A DNA stretch of 64,000 nt from Anaerolineales bacterium (GCA_016783125.1 JADHXE010000001.1:124-64123); one strand, 5' to 3'. Counted from the first letter of the stretch, positions 20,804-30,030 are shown. Translations and numbers: made by a program. Notes: generated by a model from the letters alone, not told the origin.

Positions 20804-21925
20804 TCAGGTGTCGAAGCGATATTCACGCGCAACCTCGAACAGAGCCACCACATTCTCAGGAGGAATATCGATCATGTGGTTGCATGAGGCCAATACATAA
20901 CCACCCCCACGCCCCAGGGTTTGAATCTTCTCTTTGACCTCGGCAACCAGCTCATCTTTCGCGTGTTCCATTTTCTCAATGGCACCATGAAAAGTGACTT
21001 GATCGCCGTATGCGGCTTTTAATCGTTCCGCACCCATACCTGTTGTGGATGTTTGTGTGGGGTTTAACACGTTGACGCCAGCCTCAACCAGATCAGGAAT
21101 AATCTGAAAGACATTGCCGTCGGTATGATGGAATAGAAAAGCGTTGGGTGCTTTTTCATGAATTAGAGAATACAACTCAACCTGGGCCGGTTTGATCAAC
21201 TGGCGGTACATTTTGGGGGAAATTAATAGGTTCTGCTGCCCGCCTAAATCGTCTGCAGCCTCTACCATGTGTACATATGGGCCAACCGCATCGAGAAACA
21301 TGCTGTAAACACCTTTGTGGATTTCAAGGATGTGCTCAATAATCCTGGCCGCAACTTCTGGTTTCAGGGCCATTAGCATCATAAATTCGGCAATGCCCAC
21401 CAGCCAACATGAGCGATCCAGGAAGCCCGGCGACAGGGGGTTGCGGGCAACGATGGCGTAATCGGTTTCCTCATATAATCGCTTGACTTGCTCGGAAACG
21501 CCTTCCACGGAATATAAATCCTCTGCGCTGGGCCAGGGAAAAGCTTCGACATCTTCTAGGCTCTCAACATACTTGAGCGGATTATCGAGAATATTCACAA
21601 AAATGCCTTGTTGTTTAGAACGAATCCCCCAGACATCTGTAAAAGAACCATCATCATGGTAAACTAGTTTATTGCCGGGGGCTTTATTCAAGAACACGCG
21701 TCGAAAGTCGATATCAAAATATTCAAGGATGCGCTCGTCGTAATAGTTTGCACTTGTACCGGAGCGAACCGGCTCAATAGGAGAAAGACCCAAGTAATCC
21801 CTCAATTTGAGATAGGTTTCATCCAGCAACATAGTTGCATTACCCATCATGTCCAGCGGCACACGATCTGGCTGTTGATGGTTTATGCTCATGATGACGC
21901 GTTCCCGATGAGATAAAGTAGCCAT
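20804..21925 (-). CDS. URO-D superfamily protein, MtaA-like methyltransferase candidate (paralog 2)
   Basis: 373 aa. It starts with 'SHRERVIMSINHQQPDRVPLD' and contains 'FHHTDGNVFQIIPDLVEAGVNVLNPTQT' and 'GGGYVLASCNHM'. Its start overlaps the stop of the upstream kinase-like gene by 1 nt. Confidence 0.8.
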   Translation of the reverse strand: MATLSHRERVIMSINHQQPDRVPLDMMGNATMLLDETYLKLRDYLGLSPIEPVRSGTSANYYDERILEYFDIDFRRVFLNKAPGNKLVYHDDGSFTDVWGIRSKQQGIFVNILDNPLKYVESLEDVEAFPWPSAEDLYSVEGVSEQVKRLYEETDYAIVARNPLSPGFLDRSCWLVGIAEFMMLMALKPEVAARIIEHILEIHKGVYSMFLDAVGPYVHMVEAADDLGGQQNLLISPKMYRQLIKPAQVELYSLIHEKAPNAFLFHHTDGNVFQIIPDLVEAGVNVLNPTQTSTTGMGAERLKAAYGDQVTFHGAIEKMEHAKDELVAEVKEKIQTLGRGGGYVLASCNHMIDIPPENVVALFEVAREYRFDT

Positions 21926-22917
21926 TATTCGTCCTTTTGGATTTTGCCAGCGCTGAGATGTAGCGCGTCTATGACAGATTGTTTGAGCGGAATTTCGAGA
22001 ATGTTCAGACCAAGCAAGCAGGCCCCCAACTCCGGGGGTAGTTCAGGATATTGAACCTTGCAATTGGGCAAACGCTTTGTCACAGCCTGCTTTAGGGGTG
22101 CCACAAAAGTCTCTTTGGCATTCATCAAGCCACCGACCAATACCAACTCACAAGCGTCGAGCATATTAATGTATTTTGCTACGGCAAGAACACAATCAAC
22201 AAGATCATCAACGGCTTGTTGAATGAACTGTTGAGCGACTTGATCGCCTGCTCTGGCAGCTTCAATCACGATCGTAGCAAGTTTGGCAATTTCGGGGCGT
22301 GTCATTCCTTTGCTGTAGAGATGATGCATAATCTCGTTGATATGCTCCAATTTCAGCTGTTGCATCACCCGGTCGAACAATACAGTCGCTTTTCCCCGAC
22401 CATCGTAGGCCCGCACGGTCATGATCATGGCCTGAACACCGAGCCAGTAGCTGCTGCCCTCATCGCTAATCAACTCTCCCCAGCCACCAGAACGCCATCC
22501 ATCACCTTTTTCATTCATCCCAAAGCACGATGACCCTGTCCCGGCAATCAATACGATGCCCGGTCGGCCAGTCAATCCACCAGCTAATGCAACCCGGCAA
22601 TCGTGGTCAACGCCCACCTTATTGGGTGAGGCCAGCTTCAGATTCATAGCTATTTGATGGATAATCTGGCGGTCGGTTGGGGATACTACCCCCGCCACTC
22701 CCAGGAAAGCAGCCCCAAAGGGTTGTGGTCTGATCCCTGCGCTCTTCCACGCTGCTTCCACGGTTGCCCCGATATTTTTCTGCGCCACCTTTGCGCCGAT
22801 ATCATCATAATTCGATGGGCCGCCAATGCCCGTTCCCAGAAGATGACCCCCCTCGTCCAAAATCGCGGCGCGGGTTTTCGTTCCACCACCATCGATCCCA
22901 AGGATATATTTTTTCAT
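21925..22917 (-). CDS. BadF/BadG/BcrA/BcrD-type ASKHA ATPase, N-acetylglucosamine-kinase-like
   Basis: 'ILGIDGGGTKTR', 'LIAGTGSSCFG', 'GGWGELISDEGSSYW'. Confidence 0.8.
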   Translation of the reverse strand: MKKYILGIDGGGTKTRAAILDEGGHLLGTGIGGPSNYDDIGAKVAQKNIGATVEAAWKSAGIRPQPFGAAFLGVAGVVSPTDRQIIHQIAMNLKLASPNKVGVDHDCRVALAGGLTGRPGIVLIAGTGSSCFGMNEKGDGWRSGGWGELISDEGSSYWLGVQAMIMTVRAYDGRGKATVLFDRVMQQLKLEHINEIMHHLYSKGMTRPEIAKLATIVIEAARAGDQVAQQFIQQAVDDLVDCVLAVAKYINMLDACELVLVGGLMNAKETFVAPLKQAVTKRLPNCKVQYPELPPELGACLLGLNILEIPLKQSVIDALHLSAGKIQKDE

Positions 22918-23513
22918 GTTTCTTTTAGAGAGTCTACAAACGCTTGTCTTTTACTTAGTTCTGGCTCACCGTTTATCGAAACCAATATATGATCGAAGCC
23001 GCGTTCTTTTACGAAACCATAGTCATGACCCGCATTGGCAGGATAGATTCCAATATAGGTTAGTTTTTTAGTTCCTGTATTGATTGTGCGGTGTGCGGTG
23101 TGCCCGGGTACATAGATAATGGAGTTTTTTAAAAAAGGGATGAGTCTACTTTCCCTAGTAGCCTCATCTTCCAAGAGCATAAAACCTTCGCCACTGAGAC
23201 CAATATAGATCTCTGCTGCCTCTCGCCAACGATGCAAATGTCCTTTGGTTAGGTAGTACTCTGCGCCAACTTGCCCAGGCATCAAAACACCAATACCGTA
23301 ATTCAGATCACCTTCACCCTGGGTAGGGCTAATATTGTATACCTGATAAAGTATCGGATCATCTTTAGCCAACATTTCATAAAAAGCAGCTTCATCTGCA
23401 AAATAGCCCGCCATATCGCTCAAATAACGAGCACTGAGGGATGCGCCTGGTATGTTGGGGTTGTCGGGATCAAATTGGATAAGTTGTAAGGGCAGTGATA
23501 GAAAGGGGGACAT
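22914..23513 (-). CDS. Cupin-type glucose-6-phosphate isomerase family protein
   Basis: 'YYLTKGHLHRWREAAEIYIGLSGEGFMLL' and 'YVPGHTAHRTINTG' match the cupin PGI signature (TxGHxH ... HRxxN). It overlaps the next gene by 4 nt. Confidence 0.75.
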   Translation of the reverse strand: MSPFLSLPLQLIQFDPDNPNIPGASLSARYLSDMAGYFADEAAFYEMLAKDDPILYQVYNISPTQGEGDLNYGIGVLMPGQVGAEYYLTKGHLHRWREAAEIYIGLSGEGFMLLEDEATRESRLIPFLKNSIIYVPGHTAHRTINTGTKKLTYIGIYPANAGHDYGFVKERGFDHILVSINGEPELSKRQAFVDSLKET

Positions 23514-23573
23514 ATATGCCGTTCTATTAAGTGTTTTCGCTTAGTAATAACCATCATATTGTAACCCTTAAGC

Positions 23574-23610
23574 AACATTGGTCAACATGATAAACATCAT
23601 AATATAACAT
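23574..23610. promoter_or_regulatory. Four AACAT direct repeats in the divergent promoter region (candidate operator array)
   Basis: AACAT occurs at 23574, 23584, 23593 and 23606 (spacing 10/9/13 nt). ATGATaaacATCAT is embedded in the array. A TATAAT-like box follows at ~23630. Confidence 0.3.
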
Positions 23611-23716
23611 ATAGAACTTCAATTGTGGTATATAATACAGGCGAAAATACCCTTTTCCCGGAATTCTCTCTGCGAAGGCTTTAGTCTGAGCGGTAAAGGT
23701 TTTAGAGTGTCAAGTT

Positions 23717-24553
23717 ATGGATTCTTTGGATCAGAAACACCAAACCAAATTGCTGGCCGACCAACGCAGGCAGCGGATATTGACTTCAGTCTATGAGCAT
23801 GGCTCAGTAAATACAGATGAGTTGGCTGCCAGATTTGATGTTTCGTCTATGACGATCTGGCGTGATCTCAAAATTCTGGAAGATGCAGGCATGATTCGCC
23901 GAATTCGGGGCGGGGGAACCCTACCGGATGGGTTTACTGCAGCCGAGCCGATATTTCAAAAGAAACAAACCCTTAACCGAGAAAAGAAGGCCAGCATAGC
24001 AGCCTACGCAGCGCAGCACTTTGTCCAAGATAATCACATCATCATCCTGGAAGCCGGGACAACGGCCATGGCGATGGTCAAATACCTGAACCAGCGCAAC
24101 TTGACCGCCATCACCAATGGTCTGGGCACCCTAAATGAACTGGCCCACAGGTTGAATAATATCAACTTGCTTTCTTGCGGCGGTATGATGCGTGAGATCG
24201 GATATACATTTGTCGGCCCGCAAGCTGAGCAATTCTTCAAGAATATCCGCGCCAACACATTATTTTTAAGTGCTACCGGTTTGGCTTTGCCTGAGGGGAT
24301 TACCGATCCTAACCCGCTCGAGATTCAAATCAAACGAGCCATGGCTACCAGTGCAGAGCGAATCGTGCTGATAATGGATAGTACTAAATTTGGAGTTCGC
24401 TCTCTTGCTGAGATACTTCCGCTTGAAAAGGTCGCTGTGCTAATTACAGATAGTGGTGCTCCGGAGGACTTTGTCTCTGAGCTATGCCAAATGGGCCTGG
24501 ATGTGCATATTGCCAGTGCAGGGGAGAGGATCAATGAGGAATGTGACGAGTAA
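23717..24553 (+). CDS. DeoR-family transcriptional regulator
   Basis: The N-terminal HTH is 'RRQRILTSVYEHGSVNTDELAARFDVSSMTIWRDLKILE', followed by a DeoR C-terminal sugar-phosphate sensor domain. Confidence 0.9.
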   Translation: MDSLDQKHQTKLLADQRRQRILTSVYEHGSVNTDELAARFDVSSMTIWRDLKILEDAGMIRRIRGGGTLPDGFTAAEPIFQKKQTLNREKKASIAAYAAQHFVQDNHIIILEAGTTAMAMVKYLNQRNLTAITNGLGTLNELAHRLNNINLLSCGGMMREIGYTFVGPQAEQFFKNIRANTLFLSATGLALPEGITDPNPLEIQIKRAMATSAERIVLIMDSTKFGVRSLAEILPLEKVAVLITDSGAPEDFVSELCQMGLDVHIASAGERINEECDE

Positions 24554-24563
24554 GCTCGATACC

Positions 24564-25451
24564 ATGGCCACGATCAGAAAAAGAGAGGGCTTTGAGGGAC
24601 AGATCATGTACGTAATTCCCCGGCCTATGCTGAAGAAATTCGCACAGCATGTTTTGATTCACCAACTTATTGCAACGGATATTGGATGGTATCCCAAAGC
24701 TCGTTATCATTATCGCGAACGGCCTTCCGGAGCGCCGGAACACATTCTCATTTTGTGCATTGATGGTCAAGGGTGGTGTGAAATTGATGGCAAGCGGGAA
24801 GTTGTAGATGCAAATCAAGCGCTGGTGATCCCTCGAAATACGCCCCATATTTATGGAGCCAGTGATGATGCCCCCTGGTCTATCCATTGGGCACATTTTA
24901 TGGGGACAGTGTCGGACTACTTTCCCCATTTGCTTCCAGATGGTGTTTATACAATGGCAGTCGCTCCGGATACCATTGAAGTGCTTGAGCGACTTTTTCA
25001 TGAATGCTATGGGGCTTTTTTGGGTAGTTTCGCCTGGCAGAGGATGGTTCACGTCACACAGACATTGCATTGTCTATTGGGCAACCTGTTTTTCAACAAT
25101 AGCTTGTTTTCGCCAATATTACGAACCAGCCAATCTCGTAATCTTGATAGAACCCTGGATTATCTTAGTGATAACCTGGACCAACCGCTTTCTTTGCAAG
25201 ATATGGCCGACCAGGCAAACCTTTCAAAATCTCATTTCTCTCGCGTATTTAAGGATCAAATCGGTTTTTCGCCAACTGACTATTTTATCCATTTGAAGGT
25301 GCAACATGCCGCTATGTTGCTTAGTTTTACAGATAAAACGGTGCGCGAGATAAGTTTCGAAGTTGGTTATCAAGACCCATATTATTTTTCTCGCGTTTTT
25401 AAAAATATCATTGGGCTGTCACCGACAGATTTTCGCAAACACTCAGAATAA
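24564..25451 (+). CDS. AraC-family transcriptional regulator with N-terminal cupin sensor domain
   Basis: The cupin part is 'HILILCIDGQGWCEIDGKR..ALVIPRNTPHIY'. The C-terminal double HTH is 'LQDMADQANLSKSHFSRVFK..' and 'YQDPYYFSRVFKN'. The start is ambiguous (24534 or 24564). Confidence 0.85.
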   Translation: MATIRKREGFEGQIMYVIPRPMLKKFAQHVLIHQLIATDIGWYPKARYHYRERPSGAPEHILILCIDGQGWCEIDGKREVVDANQALVIPRNTPHIYGASDDAPWSIHWAHFMGTVSDYFPHLLPDGVYTMAVAPDTIEVLERLFHECYGAFLGSFAWQRMVHVTQTLHCLLGNLFFNNSLFSPILRTSQSRNLDRTLDYLSDNLDQPLSLQDMADQANLSKSHFSRVFKDQIGFSPTDYFIHLKVQHAAMLLSFTDKTVREISFEVGYQDPYYFSRVFKNIIGLSPTDFRKHSE

Positions 25452-25481
25452 TAGGATTTACGCAGTTCGTTGAAAAATATA

Positions 25482-25534
25482 CCGAAAAAAGGGGTGTGTG
25501 TGGTGCGGAGCACCCCACACACCCCTTTTTTCGG
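25482..25534. repeat. GGGGTGTG-type palindromic hairpin (bidirectional terminator-like)
   Basis: The 19-bp stem is CCGAAAAAAGGGGTGTGTG / CACACACCCCTTTTTTCGG. An outer inverted repeat flanks it: GGATTTACGC (25454-25463) ... GCGTAAGTCC (25552-25561). Confidence 0.6.
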
Positions 25535-25719
25535 ACTTTTTCCTTCGCGAGTGCGTAAGTCCTGAATAACTAATTTTTTCACAGGGGAATCCACTTCTGT
25601 AAGCTATCATAAGATTATCCATTATATAGTAAGCAAAGCTATTGTTTTGGTTGTTATATTATTTCATAATACTCAAAATACCATTTCGCCAGTTCTTCTA
25701 ACTCAACAGGAGATCAATC

Positions 25720-26997
25720 ATGAATTCACGAGAACGAGTAAGGCTTGCTCTTGAGCATAGAGAACCAGATCGCATTCCCCTTGACCTGGGAGCAGGATTT
25801 CAAACGGGAATGCACGTCAGTATGGTTTATGCCCTGCGCCAAGCCCTTGAACTGGATGATCCTGGGACGCCCATTAAAGTGATCGAGCCATACCAGATGT
25901 TAGGGGAAATTAAAATCGATTTACTCGATGCGCTTGGTGCTGACTTGGTGGGAGTAAACCCTCCAAAGACCATGTTTGGTTACAAGAATGAGGGATGGAA
26001 ACCCTGGACGACCTTTGACGGTACGCCTGTATTGGTATCAGAGTACTTCAATACACAAGTCGACCAGAACGGCGATCTATTGGCCTACCCCGAGGGAGAC
26101 AAATCTGTACCGCCAAGCGGTCGTATGCCTCAAGGTGGTTTTTATTTCGATTCAATTATTCGCCAGGAACCCATTGACGACGTTAATCTAAGCGTTGCTG
26201 ACAATCTTGAAGAATTCGGTTTGATCTCCGATGAGGATTTAGCTTTCTTCGGTCGTGAGGTGGATCGACTTTATATTGAGACTGACCGTGCTATCTACGC
26301 CAATTTTGGCGGCACAGCCATTGGGGATATTGCCCTGGTACCAGCCCCATGGCTAAAACATCCTAAGGGAATCCGTGATATTGAGGAGTGGTATATCAGC
26401 ACCCTTACCAGAAGAAACTATGTTTACCAAATCTTCGAGCAGCAGACCGAAATTTCCCTACAAAACCTGGCAAAGATCTTTGAAGTAGTCGGCAATAAAG
26501 TGCAAATCGTGTTCCTTACGGGGACTGATTTCGGCGCGCAAGATCGGGCCTTTATGTCCCCCAAAACTTACCGTGATTTGTATAAACCCTTCCATAAGGC
26601 GATTAACGATTGGGTGCACGAAAACACAACCTGGAAAACTTTCATGCACTCCGATGGCGCCATTTTGTCGTTGATCCCAGATATTATTGAAGCAGGTTTT
26701 GATATTCTCAATCCTATTCAGTGGACGGCAAAGGATATGGAGCTGAAGCTGCTGAAGGAGCGATTTGGCGACCAGCTCGTATTCTGGGGCGGTAGTGTTG
26801 ACTCTCAAGGGACTTTCCCCTTTGGGACACCAGAACAAGTAAGAGCAGAAGTATTGCAAAGTATTCGCGATTTGGCTCCCGGTGGAGGCTATATTTTCAA
26901 TTCCATACACAATATCCAACCGGGGACACCCATAGAGAATCTGCTGGCATTTTATGAGACGATCCAAGAGCACAGGCAGTATCCAATAGTGACATAG
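25720..26997 (+). CDS. URO-D superfamily protein, MtaA-like methyltransferase candidate (paralog 3, longest)
   Basis: 425 aa. It starts with 'NSRERVRLALEHREPDRIPLD' and contains 'FMHSDGAILSLIPDIIEAGFDILNPIQW' and 'GGGYIFNSIHNI'. An AGGAGA Shine-Dalgarno sequence lies upstream. Confidence 0.8.
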   Translation: MNSRERVRLALEHREPDRIPLDLGAGFQTGMHVSMVYALRQALELDDPGTPIKVIEPYQMLGEIKIDLLDALGADLVGVNPPKTMFGYKNEGWKPWTTFDGTPVLVSEYFNTQVDQNGDLLAYPEGDKSVPPSGRMPQGGFYFDSIIRQEPIDDVNLSVADNLEEFGLISDEDLAFFGREVDRLYIETDRAIYANFGGTAIGDIALVPAPWLKHPKGIRDIEEWYISTLTRRNYVYQIFEQQTEISLQNLAKIFEVVGNKVQIVFLTGTDFGAQDRAFMSPKTYRDLYKPFHKAINDWVHENTTWKTFMHSDGAILSLIPDIIEAGFDILNPIQWTAKDMELKLLKERFGDQLVFWGGSVDSQGTFPFGTPEQVRAEVLQSIRDLAPGGGYIFNSIHNIQPGTPIENLLAFYETIQEHRQYPIVT

Positions 26998-27007
26998 GAT
27001 AAGCCAG

Positions 27008-27916
27008 ATGAATATTGAAGTACTCAACTACAAAGGGTGGGCGAATTCTCTACGGCTTTCCAATCATTTGGTTGATCTCGTAATTCTGACAGAGATTGGA
27101 CCTCGGATTATTCGCTACGGATTTTTAGGAGAAGACAATCTCTTCGTTGAGCTTTCTGAGACCCTGGGTCATAAAGGAGGAAATACCTGGCATGTGTATG
27201 GGGGGCATCGCCTCTCTCATGCCCCACAGGCAGACCCACGTTCCCATTATCCCGACAATTTTCCTGTTGAGTATATAGAAAAAGATGGCTTTCTACAAGT
27301 GGTTCAATCTGTGGAACCCACCAACGGAATACAAAAAGAACTGGACATTTATTTAGATGCCCACTCCACGAAAGTCACCGTTGTGCATCGCTTATATAAT
27401 CGAAACCTTTGGCCTGTAGAACTGGCTCCCTGGGCGTTATCGGCAATGTCCCCAGGGGGGATGGCAGTTGCGCCCTTACCGCCGCGTGGCACGCATCATG
27501 ATGACTTGCAACCAACAGGATGTGTGTCGCTTTGGGCATATACTGATATGTCAGATTCCAAGTGGAAATGGGGGCGTGAATACATCTTTTTATCCCAAGA
27601 TACTAAGAATCAGGAACCTCAAAAAGCTGGATTTTGGGTGCCTGCTGGATGGACAGCTTATCATTGGGGTGATGTTTTGTTTATAAAACAATTTGAGATC
27701 AAGTCCGGCAAGTATTATCCAGATAAAAATGTAAATGTGGAATTCTACACAGATCACAGTCTACTTGAAGTAGAAACTTTAGGTCCTCTGACATGTGTAG
27801 AGCCAGATCAATTTGTTGAGCATGTGGAAACATGGTCACTTCATAAAGGGGTCCCCGCAATAGAAACTGAAAGCTCAGTACGCCACGCGGTTACTCCATT
27901 GTTATCAAACAAATAA
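27008..27916 (+). CDS. Conserved hypothetical protein, aldose-epimerase/DUF4380-like beta-sandwich (tentative)
   Basis: 302 aa. 'IGPRIIRYGF..NLF', 'GGHRLSHAPQ' and 'EVETLGPL' resemble mutarotase-like domains. It starts 10 nt after URO-D paralog 3. Confidence 0.45.
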   Translation: MNIEVLNYKGWANSLRLSNHLVDLVILTEIGPRIIRYGFLGEDNLFVELSETLGHKGGNTWHVYGGHRLSHAPQADPRSHYPDNFPVEYIEKDGFLQVVQSVEPTNGIQKELDIYLDAHSTKVTVVHRLYNRNLWPVELAPWALSAMSPGGMAVAPLPPRGTHHDDLQPTGCVSLWAYTDMSDSKWKWGREYIFLSQDTKNQEPQKAGFWVPAGWTAYHWGDVLFIKQFEIKSGKYYPDKNVNVEFYTDHSLLEVETLGPLTCVEPDQFVEHVETWSLHKGVPAIETESSVRHAVTPLLSNK

Positions 27917-27926
27917 GGAGAATATC

Positions 27927-28562
27927 ATGACAGAAAATATGACTACCATTTACAATAGCATCATCGAAGGCGCAAAGGACGAGACCCTGGTGAGTGTACA
28001 ACAAGCACTTGATGCTGGTCTCGACCCCGGCAAAGTGTTGAATGAAGGCATGATTTCAGCAATGAAAGAGGTAGGTAGGCTCTTCGAAGAAGGTGAATTC
28101 TTCGTTCCTGAAATGCTCATTGCTGCTCGTGCCATGCAAGCAGGCCTGGGGATACTGAGACCTTTACTCGTAGACTCTGGCATTGAGCCAGTAGGTAAGG
28201 TAGTCATCGGCACCGTCAAAGGTGATTTGCACGATATCGGCAAAAACCTTGTAGCTATGATGATGGAAGGGGCTGGATTCGAAGTGATTGATCTGGGGAC
28301 GGATGTATCACCAGAGCAATTCGTTGAAGCAGCCAAAGCCCATCAACCGGATATCATCGGTATGTCCGCACTGCTTACAACTACAATGCCCTCAATGGAA
28401 GCTACCATCAAAGCATTGCAAGAAGCCGGTGTGCGGAAGAGTATTAAGGTGCTGGTTGGTGGTGCACCAGTTACCGATGCATTTGCAGATAAAATCAAAG
28501 CTGATGGTTTCTCCCCTGATGCCAGTCGGGCGGCTAATTTAGCGAAATCACTCTTGACGTAA
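27927..28562 (+). CDS. Corrinoid (cobalamin-binding) methyl-carrier protein, MtaC/MtbC/MtsB type
   Basis: 211 aa with a helical cap plus a Rossmann domain. DxHxxG is 'GDLHDIGKN' (nt 28224-28241), SxL is 'MSALLTTT', and GG is 'KVLVGGAPV'. An AAGGAGA Shine-Dalgarno sequence lies upstream. Confidence 0.9.
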   Translation: MTENMTTIYNSIIEGAKDETLVSVQQALDAGLDPGKVLNEGMISAMKEVGRLFEEGEFFVPEMLIAARAMQAGLGILRPLLVDSGIEPVGKVVIGTVKGDLHDIGKNLVAMMMEGAGFEVIDLGTDVSPEQFVEAAKAHQPDIIGMSALLTTTMPSMEATIKALQEAGVRKSIKVLVGGAPVTDAFADKIKADGFSPDASRAANLAKSLLT

Positions 28563-28892
28563 AGATTGAATCCAACTCTTAAGTGTAATAAGTTGCTAAA
28601 AAACTGCATTTTGTGAACAATCCATTGCACTTGACAATTGAACCTTAATAGCTGATTGGGTTAGGCAAGTTGCATCGATAGCCCAGTAGTGCGCAAATAC
28701 TTCATCCCAAATATCTAGGCTTAGAAAAGCTGGGAGTTGGATATTCCATTCCGTATCTGCGAGAATGCGAACCAACATACTGAGTTCGGGCGAACTTTTT
28801 ACACGCTATAAGCTCATTCTACAAGCACATCATTCTGAGTCGAATTAAAACAAAAAAGCTCGGAGAGCAAAACTATCTCTCCGAACTTTCTG

Positions 28893-29327
28893 TCATGCCA
28901 AAATTACACAGGCGGTCCCGACGGGGAGTGAACCCATTTTGAAGTAAATTAGGGGGACAGAAATCAGTATCGGTGTTTGGCTGAGTGCCAGTCGGGAGAC
29001 TTCCAGCCCCAGCACAATACCGGCATTTCCCAGGCTGACCTCTGCCACCAGTTGTTGAAAGCCTGCTCGATCCACAGCCGTGGCGCCCGACTGGCCCAGG
29101 TCACAATCAATCACGTGCACGCGCTCTATGGGCCATCCCAGCGCCACCGCCTGCTGCTGGAGTGCATACTGGCGCTGAGTGCTCTCGGTGTTTTGCACCA
29201 CCTGGTGTAACGTTGACTGCCGCACATACAGAAAGGCAGCGCGCTGCAAGTGCGAAGCGGTCACTTTCGTGCCGCCCAGCTTTGATGCGTTGCCCAATAA
29301 ATTGATTGGGTTAGTCTGCTCGGTCAT
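28893..29327 (-). pseudogene. Serine recombinase, N-terminal catalytic fragment only
   Basis: 'AAFLYVRQSTLHQV' (catalytic Ser motif) through '..IVLGLEVSRLA' is recognisable. Homology then stops at ~28985 and the ORF runs into unrelated sequence. Confidence 0.7.
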
Positions 29328-30030
29328 CTTGCTCCTCCAGCCGGTCTCCCAAGACCAAAGCCGCCAGCGCCAGGATCAAATCGCAACCCGGGGTTTCGGT
29401 CTCGGCTATCTGTAAATCAGCCGAGCCAGCACCGGGCGGTGGGCAGGGCGGCACATACGCCATCCAGGCCGCCAACCCCCGACGCTCGATGAAGGCCAGT
29501 TCCAGTCCATTGCAAGTGGTTGTCTCCCCAGGCTCCAGGGCCTGGCGACGCAGGATTTCGTATTGCTTCTCACACTCGGCCATATTCCGAACGACCGTTG
29601 GATGTGAGGCCTCTGAGGCTGCATTGGCGGTCAGCCCTTTTTTTGGCGCCGCACCAGCGCCCTTTCGATACTGCGCAGATGCACTGAGATGCCAAACCGT
29701 TTGGCCACGCGCCATGGCAAGTCTGCTGTGCGCAGCTCGGGTTCGGCCTTTAGTGTATCCCAGATATAGGTCAAGACATCGTCGGTCAGCTTGTGAGCCC
29801 GCCGGGGGCCCTTGCGTTGAGGCAGCAGCCCAGCCAGCCCCTCGGCCTCGAAGCATTTGCAGCATTTCGTATTTGACTTGCACCAGATCGCGCGGGTCGA
29901 AGAAGGGGTGCACCCGAAACAGTCCATCGCTGACTTGTTCGGGATGCCGGTTCAGGGTGGCGTACTCGCACAGGCTGGCGCACTTGGAATCGGTCTGCGT
30001 CCGGATACGCATCATGGCCTCCAGATCCAA
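29311..30030 (-). pseudogene. Mobile-element HTH protein with two frame changes
   Basis: Protein-like flanks in one frame ('FFDPRDLVQVKYEML', 'ECEKQYEILRRQALEPG..AFIERRGLAAWMAY') bracket a middle part that reads sensibly only in another frame (29927-29631: 'LLPQRKGPRRAHKLTDDVLTYIWDTLKAEPELRTADLPWRVAKRFGISVHLRSIERALVRRQKKG'). One junction is at a T7 run, ~29637-29643. Confidence 0.45.
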
